IMG/VR virus record: IMGVR_UViG_2974716960_000001 | Span: 13,087 to 77,086 of that record | Source: a virus | Lineage: Duplodnaviria > Caudoviricetes | DNA: 64,000 nucleotides | Strand: one strand, 5' to 3' | In this document: piece after piece, positions 36,324-45,735 of the stretch | How the letters are laid out: the number at the start of each line of letters is the position of its first letter | How positions within the stretch are numbered: position 1 is the stretch's first letter | Notes under the pieces: generated by a model | The model's database searches: none | The model's input: only the letters and a program-made list of their open reading frames with translations | Told to the model about the DNA's origin: nothing | Translations under genes and position numbers: made by a program

Positions 36324-37181
36324 ATGGCCGTTCATCTGAAGGTCTATAACGAGAAGCTAGGCACCATTAACGGTGCTGCGGAGCCGTTCACCTTCCCCGG
36401 CGGGGAACTGCACCTTAGGAGCATTCTTCCGCCGCTGATTGATGGGACGTGGATTGCGGACGTGCGGGGCGCTGCCACCGACGACCTGGTGACAGCGCTG
36501 CTGCTGGCCGACCACGCAGCGCAACAGGGCCAGCCGTTCGTGTTGTTCCTGCCGTACCTTCCGGCTGCTCGCGCGGACCGGGGGACGCCGTTCGGCCTGC
36601 GGGTGTACGCGGACATGATCAACAACTGCGCGTATGCGGAGCACGTCATTGTCATTGACCCGCATTCGCCGGTCGCTAAGCGGCTGGTTAGGAACATCTG
36701 CCCGCTTGACCCGCTGCCGCTGCTGGACAGGGCGCTAGAGAGCCAAGGGCATTGGCGGTACGACGCAATCATTGCGCCAGATAAGGGCGCAGTGGACCGG
36801 GCCGAGAAGGTCGCTAAGCATTATGGCCTAGACCTGGTTGTCTGCGACAAGGAACGCGACTTTGATACGGGCCGGATTACCAAGTACAAGGTTCCGGCTC
36901 TGTCCACTAAGGGCAAGTACCTGGTGATAGACGATATCTGCGACGGCGGCGGCACATTCGCACTGCTTGCTAGCGAGTCACTTATCGCTAAGACGAACTT
37001 GGACCTTTGGGTCACGCACGGCATTTTCTCCGGAGCTGCTACCAACCTCCGGAATTACTACGGGCGCATTATGACGACCGACTCTCATCCTGGTCATAAC
37101 CGGGTGGGTGTGGCTACGTCGATTGTGCCGACTTACACATACATGCACCAAGCGATGGTTGGCCTTAAGGGGATAGGGTGA
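36324..37181 (+). CDS. Ribose-phosphate pyrophosphokinase-like enzyme (candidate Adps)
   Basis: FPGGE, PYLP.ARADR, DPHS, PDKGA, VIDDICDGGGTF, THGIFS. Confidence 0.9.
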   Translation: MAVHLKVYNEKLGTINGAAEPFTFPGGELHLRSILPPLIDGTWIADVRGAATDDLVTALLLADHAAQQGQPFVLFLPYLPAARADRGTPFGLRVYADMINNCAYAEHVIVIDPHSPVAKRLVRNICPLDPLPLLDRALESQGHWRYDAIIAPDKGAVDRAEKVAKHYGLDLVVCDKERDFDTGRITKYKVPALSTKGKYLVIDDICDGGGTFALLASESLIAKTNLDLWVTHGIFSGAATNLRNYYGRIMTTDSHPGHNRVGVATSIVPTYTYMHQAMVGLKGIG

Positions 37182-38662
37182 GCACGAAATTTGCGCCGGT
37201 CGCGGCGCTATTCGAGACGGACGCATACAAGCTGGGTCACGTTGACCAGTACGCGCTTAGCGGCGACGTGACGCGGGTGTATTCCAACTACACCAACCGC
37301 AAGTCTCGGCTGCCGGGCGTCGATAAGGTCGTGCATTTCGGGTTGCAGGCTTACATTGCTAAGCACCTGATGGAGGCTTTTGAGCCGTTCTTCGCGGCGA
37401 AGGAGAATGAGGTTGCCGCGCTTTACGAGGAGCGGGTTGCTCAGATTCTCGGGCCGGATGCAGCGCACTCGATTGGCTCGGACCATATTCGCCAGTTGCA
37501 TGGGCTTGGGTTCCTGCCGCTGCGGTTCAGCGCGGTGCCTGAGGGGACGCTAGTGCCTATCGGGGTGCCGTCGTTCACGGTGGAGAACACCCACGAGTCG
37601 TTCTACTGGCTGACCAACTACATCGAGACCGGCCTTAGCGCCGGGGTGTGGCAGGCCAGCACGTCCGCGACCATCGCTAAGCAGTACCGGCGGGTGCTTG
37701 AGAGCGCAGCTCTGCGGACCGGTGCGGACCTGGCGGGCGTCGACTGGCAGTGCCATGACTTCTCATATCGGGGTATGTCGTCGCATGAGAGCGCGGCAGC
37801 GTCGGGCGCGGCTCACCTGTTGAGCTTTACCGGTACGGACTCGCTGGTGTCGCTGGATTGGATCGACCGTTACTACGGCGGCGAGTACATCGCTGGGTCG
37901 GTGCCCGCTACCGAGCATTCGGTGATGTGTACCGGCATTGAGACGGTCGGGGAGCTTGAGACGTTTAAGCGCCTGCTGGACCTGTACCCGTCCGGCATCG
38001 TTAGCGTTGTCAGTGACACGTTCGATCTTTGGCGCGTGCTAACCACTTATTTGCCGACGCTGCATAAGCAGATCGTGGGCCGGGACGGGAAGCTGGTCAT
38101 TCGGCCTGACTCCGGCGATCCAGAGAAGATCATTTGTGGCGATCCGGACGCGCCAGTTTCCTCTAACGAGTGGATGGGCGTGCTGGGGCTGCTCTACGAG
38201 CACTTCGGCGGCAAGAAAAACGCTGCCGGGTTCATTGAGCTTGATCCGCACGTCGGTGTGATTTACGGCGACTCAATCACGGTTGAACGCGCTACGAGCA
38301 TCACCGCGCGTATGGAGAAGCTGGGCTACGCGTCGTCCAACGTGGTGTTTGGCGTGGGCAGCTTTACGTACCAGTACAACACCCGCGACACGTTCGGGTC
38401 CGCGATGAAGGCGACGTGGGCTGAGGTCGACGGCAAGGGTTACAACCTGCTCAAGAATCCAGTGACCGACGACGGGACTAAGAAGTCTGCGACGGGTCGG
38501 CTGGCGGTGTTGGAGAACATCTGGGGCGATCTGGCGCTCAAGCAGAACGCCACGATTGAGGACGAGAAGGCGAGCTTGCTCCGTCCCGTTTGGGAGAACG
38601 GAAAGTTTCTAGGCCGGCAGTCGTTTGCGCAGGTCAGGGCGGTTCTGGCCGCTCAGCGGTAG
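37178..38662 (+). CDS. Nicotinamide phosphoribosyltransferase-like enzyme (candidate Namat)
   Basis: TDAYKLGH, HDF.YRG, VPATEHSVM, SVVSDTFD, IRPDSGDP, IYGDSI, FGVGS; GTGA coupling to upstream gene. Confidence 0.92.
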   Translation: MSTKFAPVAALFETDAYKLGHVDQYALSGDVTRVYSNYTNRKSRLPGVDKVVHFGLQAYIAKHLMEAFEPFFAAKENEVAALYEERVAQILGPDAAHSIGSDHIRQLHGLGFLPLRFSAVPEGTLVPIGVPSFTVENTHESFYWLTNYIETGLSAGVWQASTSATIAKQYRRVLESAALRTGADLAGVDWQCHDFSYRGMSSHESAAASGAAHLLSFTGTDSLVSLDWIDRYYGGEYIAGSVPATEHSVMCTGIETVGELETFKRLLDLYPSGIVSVVSDTFDLWRVLTTYLPTLHKQIVGRDGKLVIRPDSGDPEKIICGDPDAPVSSNEWMGVLGLLYEHFGGKKNAAGFIELDPHVGVIYGDSITVERATSITARMEKLGYASSNVVFGVGSFTYQYNTRDTFGSAMKATWAEVDGKGYNLLKNPVTDDGTKKSATGRLAVLENIWGDLALKQNATIEDEKASLLRPVWENGKFLGRQSFAQVRAVLAAQR

Positions 38663-38669
38663 GTGAGGG

Positions 38670-38687
38670 TGTCCGACTTTTCGGACA
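38670..38687. promoter_or_regulatory. Remote copy of switch operator
   Basis: TGTCCGA-CTTT-TCGGACA perfect-arm palindrome upstream of pnk. Confidence 0.7.
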
Positions 38688-38748
38688 CTTTCGCATGTTT
38701 CCGGAGTACACGTGTTGTACTTGAAAGCGAGCAAGAGAGGGGGTCGGA

Positions 38749-39675
38749 ATGACGACCTTATGGGCGATGCGGGGTTATCCCGGCTCTGGTAAATCCACCA
38801 GGGCGCGTGAAATCGCTGACCAGAACGGCGCGGTGGTTGTGTGCCGCGACGATCTGCGCAACATGCTTCATGGCACCTATTTCTCGGGCGTCAAAGAGCG
38901 TGAGGATGAGGTCACGGTTGCGGAGCGGGCGCAGGTTAGCGCGTTCCTTAAGGCCGGTATCTCTGTGGTGGTAGACGCTACTCACTTGGAGCCGTCTTAT
39001 CTGCGTAAGTGGGCGAAGATGGCGAGCATGTACGGCGCTGACTTTAAGCGCGTTGACGTTGACACTGCGGCCCACCTTTGCATCGTGCGTGACTTTAAGC
39101 GCGGCGAGGCCGGAGACCGGACTGTCGGCGCGGAAGTGATTAACCGGATGGCTAAGCGTCACCCGATTAAGAACTGGCCGAACATTCAGGCTCCCCCGAC
39201 GTTCGACCCTAAGCCGGTCGAATGGATTGAGGGTCTGCCGGAAGCCATCATCGTTGATATCGACGGCACGGTGGCTCACATGACGGGCCGGTCACCGTAC
39301 GACTACACGCAGGTTCACACCGACGTGGTTGACGAGCAGATTCGGTGGCTGGTCGGCCTGGTGGACTACTACGGCGGTCCGAACGGTGTCCACGTGCTGA
39401 TCGTGTCGGGCCGGGACGACTCGTGCCGGGTGGCGACTCAGGAATGGTTGTGGAAGAACGCCATTCCTTACGACGAGCTGCACATGCGGCCTACTGGCGC
39501 TAAGGATGAGCACGGTAACAAGCTGCCGGATTACCTGGTCAAGTACGACCTGTTCGACCAGAACATTCGCGGCAAGTACAACGTGCGCTTTGTGTTGGAC
39601 GACCGGGACCAGGTTGTGAATCTGTGGCGGTCGCTGGGCCTTAAGTGCCTGCAAGTGCAGCCGGGGGACTTCTAA
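38749..39675 (+). CDS. pnk: Polynucleotide kinase/phosphatase
   Basis: GYPGSGKS P-loop, RDDLR, VVVDAT; HAD DIDGT, SGR, DDR.QVV.LW. Confidence 0.92.
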   Translation: MTTLWAMRGYPGSGKSTRAREIADQNGAVVVCRDDLRNMLHGTYFSGVKEREDEVTVAERAQVSAFLKAGISVVVDATHLEPSYLRKWAKMASMYGADFKRVDVDTAAHLCIVRDFKRGEAGDRTVGAEVINRMAKRHPIKNWPNIQAPPTFDPKPVEWIEGLPEAIIVDIDGTVAHMTGRSPYDYTQVHTDVVDEQIRWLVGLVDYYGGPNGVHVLIVSGRDDSCRVATQEWLWKNAIPYDELHMRPTGAKDEHGNKLPDYLVKYDLFDQNIRGKYNVRFVLDDRDQVVNLWRSLGLKCLQVQPGDF

Positions 39676-39789
39676 TGGAACCGTTTCTGTTCACCGTAGG
39701 GGTGCTGGCGTTGGCGGGCTTTGCCGCGTTCTTTGGCGTAATCGCGTACTTCATCTGGTCGGTCTACAAAGAGCTAAGGGGGCCGCGCA

Positions 39790-40038
39790 ATGGGAAGCGT
39801 CGTAATCACCGGTAACGGCGGGGGTGCCATTACCCCTCAGGGTGTGCAGGTCAGCTTGCCTGATACCGACGTGGTGTTTAAGTACGACACCGCTACGCAC
39901 ACAATCACCATTGAGGGCGCAGAGTTCGCGCGGTTCTCGGATGACATTAAGTCAAACCACCTGTTTTTCAGGCAGGACCGAAATGCTGCGCAGGAGATAG
40001 TGCTACTTCATCCAGATTGGCCCGGCTTTAAGGGCTAA
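39790..40038 (+). CDS. Hypothetical protein
   Basis: AAGGGG RBS. Confidence 0.5.
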   Translation: MGSVVITGNGGGAITPQGVQVSLPDTDVVFKYDTATHTITIEGAEFARFSDDIKSNHLFFRQDRNAAQEIVLLHPDWPGFKG

Positions 40039-40199
40039 CCCAAACTTGGATGGGTGCGTTAAAGGGCGGTTGACCCGATCCCAAGGCGGGATGGTTCCCA
40101 TGACGCCCCAAGCCTGGCCCATGACCCGAATCGAAGCGGTGAGGTCTGTGCTGCGCACCCATCTAACTAACTTTCCCCCTCCCCTAACGGGGGACAGTT

Positions 40200-40613
40200 T
40201 TGGAGCACCTGCTAGTAGCGCCTTTCAAACGGCCACCAATGACCGCAAACGATCAGCGGCGCGCACATTGGGCGGTAGTCCGAAAGGCCAAGCAAGAGGT
40301 AGGGGACACGGTTTATTGGCTGGCGCAGCGGGCGGGCATTAAGGACTTAGGTCCGTCCGTTGTGTCATTCCTCTGGTACACGCCGACGCGGCGCGCTACC
40401 GATTCCGATTCCCTCGGCCCTTTCGTTAAGGGGGCCTTAGACGGATTAGTGAGGGCTGGCGTTTGGCCCGACGATAACTCTAAGTACGTCAAACAAACGC
40501 GTATGGCAGTAACGGACTCGGATACGAAAAATCCACGGATTGAGATAAGGATTTGGGAAGTTGGCGAAACTGGAATCGAGTTGGCGGGAGCTGGCGGCGT
40601 GCCAGTTCATTGA
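40200..40613 (+). CDS. rusA: RusA-like Holliday junction resolvase
   Basis: D.D...K..LDGL..AGVW.DD motif. Confidence 0.85.
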   Translation: MEHLLVAPFKRPPMTANDQRRAHWAVVRKAKQEVGDTVYWLAQRAGIKDLGPSVVSFLWYTPTRRATDSDSLGPFVKGALDGLVRAGVWPDDNSKYVKQTRMAVTDSDTKNPRIEIRIWEVGETGIELAGAGGVPVH

Positions 40614-40857
40614 CCCCGAACTGTTCTTCCCGACTAAGGGTGGATCGGCTGACGCGCCTAAGCGTGTCTGCAACACCATGTGTGAAGTGCGGGAGCAATG
40701 CCTAGAGGGCGCGATGCGCGAGGAATACGGGCTTAACAAGAGTCACCGGTTTGGGGTTCGGGGCGGGCTGGTACCGAACGCCAGGTATGCGCTGGCTCTA
40801 GAGCGGGGCGAGTACGTCGGCAAGAGCGAGTGGGAAATTCACGGAGAGGTTGCGTAA
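40561..40857 (+). CDS. WhiB-family protein
   Basis: WRELAACQ..DPELFFP, C...C, C, GVRGG. Confidence 0.88.
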   Translation: MAKLESSWRELAACQFIDPELFFPTKGGSADAPKRVCNTMCEVREQCLEGAMREEYGLNKSHRFGVRGGLVPNARYALALERGEYVGKSEWEIHGEVA

Positions 40858-41262
40858 GTGTATTCAGTCAACCAGCGAGTAGGCGTTGAAATGCGTTTCC
40901 ACGCTAATGCGATCAATCGGGGAAGCGCGTTCAGCATTCCCGTCACGAACGTGAGCGGCGTGCGCAGCAAGCTTATCCCTGAGCTGGATATTCCCGATCT
41001 GCCGGGAGCGGCCTGCAAGGGGACTGTGACTGACGCTGACGACGACCCGTTCTTTCCTAAGGCTGGGGCTGGTGGGCGTAAGCAGGTCGCGGCGGCTCGC
41101 GTGATGTGCAATGGCTGCCCGGTAAAGCAGAAGTGCCGGGACGCGGCGCTCGATTGGGACCGCGCACACCCTGACTATTTCGACCGCACGCAAGGCGTTT
41201 GGGGTGGCACCACGGAAGCGGAGCGCCGGGAAATCCTTAAGGAGGAACAAAATGCTGCTTAG
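40858..41262 (+). CDS. WhiB-family protein
   Basis: AAC, FFP, CNGCPVKQKC, GVWGGTTEAERR. Confidence 0.88.
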   Translation: MYSVNQRVGVEMRFHANAINRGSAFSIPVTNVSGVRSKLIPELDIPDLPGAACKGTVTDADDDPFFPKAGAGGRKQVAAARVMCNGCPVKQKCRDAALDWDRAHPDYFDRTQGVWGGTTEAERREILKEEQNAA

Positions 41263-41482
41263 CGCAACGATAAAGCTCAACTGCGGGGTATTGGAGTATT
41301 CGTTTAACCCGGCGCATAACTACCACCTGGTGACCGTCTCGCAGGGCTGCACGAGGGCCTTCCGCCGGGAGCTGCACAAGTCGGCGGGTGAGGCGATCAA
41401 CACGCTTGCTCCGTACCGCGAGGAGAGCTACGAGGTAGCGACGTTGATTCGCTGGCTGTCCCGATTCCCACACGATGCGTAG
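41252..41482 (+). CDS. Hypothetical protein
   Basis: GGAGG RBS, overlapping start. Confidence 0.55.
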   Translation: MLLSATIKLNCGVLEYSFNPAHNYHLVTVSQGCTRAFRRELHKSAGEAINTLAPYREESYEVATLIRWLSRFPHDA

Positions 41483-41560
41483 GCGTCGTAAGCACCGCCG
41501 GAACTGGCGGCGGTTCCTGGCTGACCTATTCGATGGATTCCTAGAAGGGCTGATCGACGC

Positions 41561-42127
41561 ATGGGACTAGCGGAACGCTGCCGGGCGGGGCGCAGGTGTG
41601 TCAGTCGCACTCCGGACGGCCCGGCGCTGGTGTCGCTGCGTCCACTGTGCGACGGCTGCGTTAAGGACATTCAGAAGTGCCTAGATGAACTCCCGACCTA
41701 TTCCGACTTGCTCGAAACATATAAGGGCTACGTGCCCGGTTCGGTGGGGCAGTCGAAAGTCAGTTCGTCGGCAGAACCTAAGGCTCCGTTAAACCTGACG
41801 GTCGTTGATCTGATCGGCCAGATTCGCGCGGTGATGTACCGGGCGGATGGCTACCAGGTGCGCGACTTGATCACGCTTACCGGTGGCCTAGAGGTAGCGC
41901 TTGATATCCGTGAGGTCTATTCCAAGGCTGACGGGATTATCGGGCTGCAAAGGGTGTGGGAGCGGAGGCGCGTCCCATGTCCTGAGTGCGCTTTACCCAC
42001 TCTCGGGGGATGGGTGGGCGAGGACCGCATCTACTGCACTAACGCAGATTGCGGGAACGTCTTAACGAAAGCGCAGTACGAAGATTATTGCGAAATGAAA
42101 TCAAAGGAGAAACGTGCCAAACGCTGA
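41561..42127 (+). CDS. Cys-rich hypothetical protein (start uncertain)
   Basis: Several CxxC motifs (LCDGC, CPEC, CTNADC). Confidence 0.6.
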   Translation: MGLAERCRAGRRCVSRTPDGPALVSLRPLCDGCVKDIQKCLDELPTYSDLLETYKGYVPGSVGQSKVSSSAEPKAPLNLTVVDLIGQIRAVMYRADGYQVRDLITLTGGLEVALDIREVYSKADGIIGLQRVWERRRVPCPECALPTLGGWVGEDRIYCTNADCGNVLTKAQYEDYCEMKSKEKRAKR

Positions 42128-42503
42128 AATTACGATTCAGGGCAACCTTACCGCTGATCCGGAATTGCGGTTCCTTGATTCGGGCGTGGCCGTCGCTCAG
42201 TTCTCGGTGGCTTCTACGCCTCGGGTTAAGAAGGGCGATGAGTGGGTGGACGGGGAGACGCTGTTCCTCCGTGCCACCGTGTGGCGCGAGCTGGCTGAGG
42301 GTGCGGCTGAGGCTCTGCGTAAGGGCGATTCGGTCGTGGTGATCGGCAAGCTCAAGCAGCGGTCGTTTGAGACCCGCGAGGGTGAGAAGCGGTCCGTGTT
42401 TGAAATCGACGGCGAGTTCGTCGGGAAGAACGTTCGTAAGCGTCGGGAGCAGGGCGGCGGCGGTTATCAGTCTGCCGCGAGTAACGACGCTCCGGCCTGG
42501 TAG
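42114..42503 (+). CDS. ssb: Single-stranded DNA-binding protein
   Basis: GNLTADPELRF..SG.AVA.F.VA, WRELAE, C-terminal APW. Confidence 0.95.
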   Translation: MPNAEITIQGNLTADPELRFLDSGVAVAQFSVASTPRVKKGDEWVDGETLFLRATVWRELAEGAAEALRKGDSVVVIGKLKQRSFETREGEKRSVFEIDGEFVGKNVRKRREQGGGGYQSAASNDAPAW

Positions 42504-42565
42504 GCGAAATTCCGGAGGTAGGGCTAGCGACCCTGGCCCTACCTCCCGGCCCGTAAGGATACGAA

Positions 42566-42784
42566 ATGTCTCACGAGAAAACGTCCGTTGTGCTGCGAAA
42601 GATCGACAAAGCCGCGCGAGTGCGAGGGCTTAACTTCGAGATTCGACGGCCCGGCGGTAATCACACCATTTACGACTTAGACGGTCTGATGGTCACTATC
42701 CCTAATGGCACTAAGGTCACGCGGGTTGAGGCCACTTACCGGCAATTGCAGGACAAACTTGGAAAGGGCTGGTGGCGGCAGTGA
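42566..42784 (+). CDS. HicA-like protein
   Basis: GGNHTIY......VTIP dsRBD-like HicA pattern with catalytic His. Confidence 0.65.
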   Translation: MSHEKTSVVLRKIDKAARVRGLNFEIRRPGGNHTIYDLDGLMVTIPNGTKVTRVEATYRQLQDKLGKGWWRQ

Positions 42785-42848
42785 CGTGGCGCAAGGTTCT
42801 TAAGGTAATCGACCGGATTTTGTGGGGTGTTGAGGGGCGGTGGGTTAA

Positions 42849-44129
42849 GTGAGCTTTGACGCGCCGGAGAACGCTAACTACGCGGCGACAATCGTCAAGC
42901 TGCCGCAGGGGCTTCTCCTAGAAGGTCTGGACAACCTGGTGGGCGTGCCAATGTTCGGTTACCAGGCGCTCACCCAGAAAGAGGGCTACGAGCTGGGCGC
43001 GCTGCGTGTGCTGTTCATGGCTGAGACGCAGCTTGACCCCGACTACGCGCGGGAAAACAACCTGTTCCGTGAGGCCACGCTGAACCGGGACGCCAGCGAG
43101 ACCGGCTACCTAGAGCCGAATGCCCGCGTGAAGGCGCTCCGGCTGCGTAAGCACCAGTCAGACGCGCTGTTGATGCCGCTGTCGTCGCTGGCCTACACCG
43201 GCTACGACGTGTCGGCGCTCAAGCCGGGCGATACGTTCGACAAGCTGAACGGCCACACGATCTGCCGTAAGTACGTGGCGAAGGGTAAGAAGCAGGCCAC
43301 GCAGGGTCAGCCCAAGGTTCGTAAGCAGGTTGACGAGCGGCTGTTCCCGAAGCACTTGGACACGGAGCATCTGTTCCGGAACCTGCACTACTTCCGTGAC
43401 GCTAAGCCTGTCGTGGTGACGCAGAAGTTGCACGGCACGAGCTGGCGCGGCGGCAATATCCCGGTTAACCGGACTAAGGGTCGGTTTGAGCGGTTCCTGA
43501 ACCGTCTGGGCATTGCCACTCCGGACACTGAGTACAAGCATGTGTTCGGCTCTCGGAATGTGGTTAAGGGCCGGTCGGATAATAACCACTTCTACGAGTC
43601 TGATTTGTGGGCGAAGTTCGGCGAGAAGCTTGAGGGCAAGATTCCGGAGAACTTCATCATTTACGGCGAGCTTGTCGGGTGGGTTAGCGAGGATGAGCCG
43701 ATCCAGCGGGGTTACACGTACGACCTGCCGCCGGGGCAGTGCGAGCTTTACGTGTACCGGGTGGCGACGGTGAACCCTAAGGGTGTTATCGCGGACCTGT
43801 CATGGGAAGGCGTTAAGGACTTCTGCCGGACGTTGGAACTCAAGACGGTGCCGGAGTTCGGTTTCGACGTTGAGCATGTGCCGAACTTTGAGGCCGAGGA
43901 GCGATTCGTCCTGGCTTACCAGGAGACGTACATGGACTTGCGTTACGCGGACGCTTACCCCAATGGCGGGTATCTGCCGCTGAGTGACCGCAAGACGGTT
44001 GACGAGGGTATCTGCGTCCGTATCGAGGGCCAGGTGCCGCGCGTGCTCAAAGCCAAGTCGCCGAAGTTCCTTGAGCATGAGACTAAGCAGTTGGATAAGG
44101 GAGAGGTTGACCTTGAGTCGGTGGCGTAA
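42849..44129 (+). CDS. ATP-dependent RNA ligase (Rnl2-like)
   Basis: VTQKLHGT motif I, YGELVG, EGIC, K.KS..FL motifs; N-terminal OB-like domain. Confidence 0.88.
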   Translation: MSFDAPENANYAATIVKLPQGLLLEGLDNLVGVPMFGYQALTQKEGYELGALRVLFMAETQLDPDYARENNLFREATLNRDASETGYLEPNARVKALRLRKHQSDALLMPLSSLAYTGYDVSALKPGDTFDKLNGHTICRKYVAKGKKQATQGQPKVRKQVDERLFPKHLDTEHLFRNLHYFRDAKPVVVTQKLHGTSWRGGNIPVNRTKGRFERFLNRLGIATPDTEYKHVFGSRNVVKGRSDNNHFYESDLWAKFGEKLEGKIPENFIIYGELVGWVSEDEPIQRGYTYDLPPGQCELYVYRVATVNPKGVIADLSWEGVKDFCRTLELKTVPEFGFDVEHVPNFEAEERFVLAYQETYMDLRYADAYPNGGYLPLSDRKTVDEGICVRIEGQVPRVLKAKSPKFLEHETKQLDKGEVDLESVA

Positions 44130-44328
44130 AGCCGCAGTGGTGGGCGCAGTTCTGGCAGCTTTCGGGCTGTCAGGCTGCGCCTCCAACATTCAGGATAAGC
44201 AGACGTACGGCGGCGATGCCGAGTCTGGTGCCCAATATTGGGATGGCTACCTAAAGACGCGCAAGGGTGATGTGTTCTGCGTGTTCTATGACCGTGGCGT
44301 TAGTTGCGATTGGAGCAGCATTAAGTGA
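44113..44328 (+). CDS. Small lipoprotein
   Basis: Lipobox LSGC. Confidence 0.6.
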   Translation: MSRWRKAAVVGAVLAAFGLSGCASNIQDKQTYGGDAESGAQYWDGYLKTRKGDVFCVFYDRGVSCDWSSIK

Positions 44329-44981
44329 GCGTTGACATTAAGGACGCATTCAAGGCGGCTAAGCTGCGTGAGGCTGAGGCTAAGGCTGAACTCGCGGAGT
44401 TGCAGACCGGCCAGGCGTTGCGCGCCGAGCGCCATTTCCAGGCGACCGACGACATGGTTCACCAGCACTATTTCATCGGTGGCGTGGACTCTAAGAACGT
44501 CGCTGAGTGCGCGCAGCACCTTGAGTTCTGGCACCGGCTGGACCCCACGTGCGACATGAACATCGAGATTCACTCCGGCGGGGGTTCTGCGCTGGCGGGC
44601 CTGAGCCTGTTTGACAACCTGACGCGCTACAGCTTGAGCGGCGGCGGTAAGCACAAGGTGACCATGACTGTCCGTGGCCTGGCCGCGAGCATGGCGACTG
44701 TGCTGGTGCAGGCTGCCGACGAGCGGGTTATCGGGCCTGAGTCGTTCTTCATGGTTCATGAGCTGTCCGGCCAGACGGCGGGCAAGATCGGTGAGCTTGA
44801 GGACACGATGGCGTTCTACCGGAAGCTGAATACGCGTATCGGTGAGATTTACGTCGAGCGGTCCGGCGGTAAGTGCTCTGCCGAGCAGTTCGCGGCGCTG
44901 TGGACGCGCCAGGACGTGTGGCTTACCGCTCGGGAGGCTTTCGATCTGGGCTTTGTGGATCGGATCGAGGGGGCTAGCTAA
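44325..44981 (+). CDS. clpP: ClpP-like serine protease
   Basis: IHSGGG, AASMA (Ser), MVHE (His), D.WLTA.EA...GFVD. Confidence 0.9.
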   Translation: MSVDIKDAFKAAKLREAEAKAELAELQTGQALRAERHFQATDDMVHQHYFIGGVDSKNVAECAQHLEFWHRLDPTCDMNIEIHSGGGSALAGLSLFDNLTRYSLSGGGKHKVTMTVRGLAASMATVLVQAADERVIGPESFFMVHELSGQTAGKIGELEDTMAFYRKLNTRIGEIYVERSGGKCSAEQFAALWTRQDVWLTAREAFDLGFVDRIEGAS

Positions 44982-45413
44982 GTGGCTGAGACGTACGAGG
45001 ACTATATCGGTAGGGGCGCTAAGGCTCCTACGTTGACGCTGAATGGCCGCAAGGGTGGGCACGCGGTGCAGCCACATGAGGTGGCCCGCTCGCAGACCTT
45101 GCCGACTCAGCAGGGGACCGGCGAAGTCCTGGCCCTTACCGAGCCTGAGCGTAAGGCGGCGCGTAAGGCCATCGGTCAGGTTCACGCCAACATGGACGTG
45201 AAGCTGCAAGCTGTGCTGGACGCCATTAACCACGTGCGGACTCACGATCCGGTGGGGACGCTGCGTAAGAACAGCAAGGGCGTGTACGCGTTCTCATTCG
45301 AGCCGGGCAAGTGGCTGCTCATCGACGTGGATAAGCCCGCGTACCGGTCGGTGGAGACGCCTGCCGATAACGCGGCCATCCAGAACTCTTGGGAGCTGGT
45401 GGTTTCCGGCTAG
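44982..45413 (+). CDS. Hypothetical protein
   Basis: Abuts clpP stop; typical codons. Confidence 0.6.
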   Translation: MAETYEDYIGRGAKAPTLTLNGRKGGHAVQPHEVARSQTLPTQQGTGEVLALTEPERKAARKAIGQVHANMDVKLQAVLDAINHVRTHDPVGTLRKNSKGVYAFSFEPGKWLLIDVDKPAYRSVETPADNAAIQNSWELVVSG

Positions 45414-45513
45414 TGGTTAATTACCTGTCGGGGTTTGGCGTGGGCGCGGTCCTGGGGATCGTGCTCACGCTTTACCTATTTGCAAGCGGCAAGCTCAACA
45501 TGGAGGGGGAGTA

Positions 45514-45735
45514 GTGGCCTACAAAGTTGTGAAGATCACCGGCCCTAACTCAGCGATTATCGAGCATGAGCCGGGCGAGGTTTTCGAGTACGCGAATATC
45601 GGCGGCTTGATCGTGTCGTACGTGCGGGTCACCGATCCTTTCCCTTGGGATGGTAAGTACGTGGCCGAGTTCAGCACCCTTGACGAACTGAGGGTGTGGT
45701 GGCGTTACGACCGGACCATGCCCTTAGCGGCATGA
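45514..45735 (+). CDS. Hypothetical protein
   Basis: GGAG RBS. Confidence 0.5.
   Translation: MAYKVVKITGPNSAIIEHEPGEVFEYANIGGLIVSYVRVTDPFPWDGKYVAEFSTLDELRVWWRYDRTMPLAA

Noticed and set aside
36324-38662. NARP2 (Nampt plus Nmnat) or ordinary salvage pathway
   Set aside because: No HxGH adenylyltransferase seen in the window; the coupled partner is PRPP-synthetase-like, matching NARP1 architecture (sequence upstream of the window not seen)
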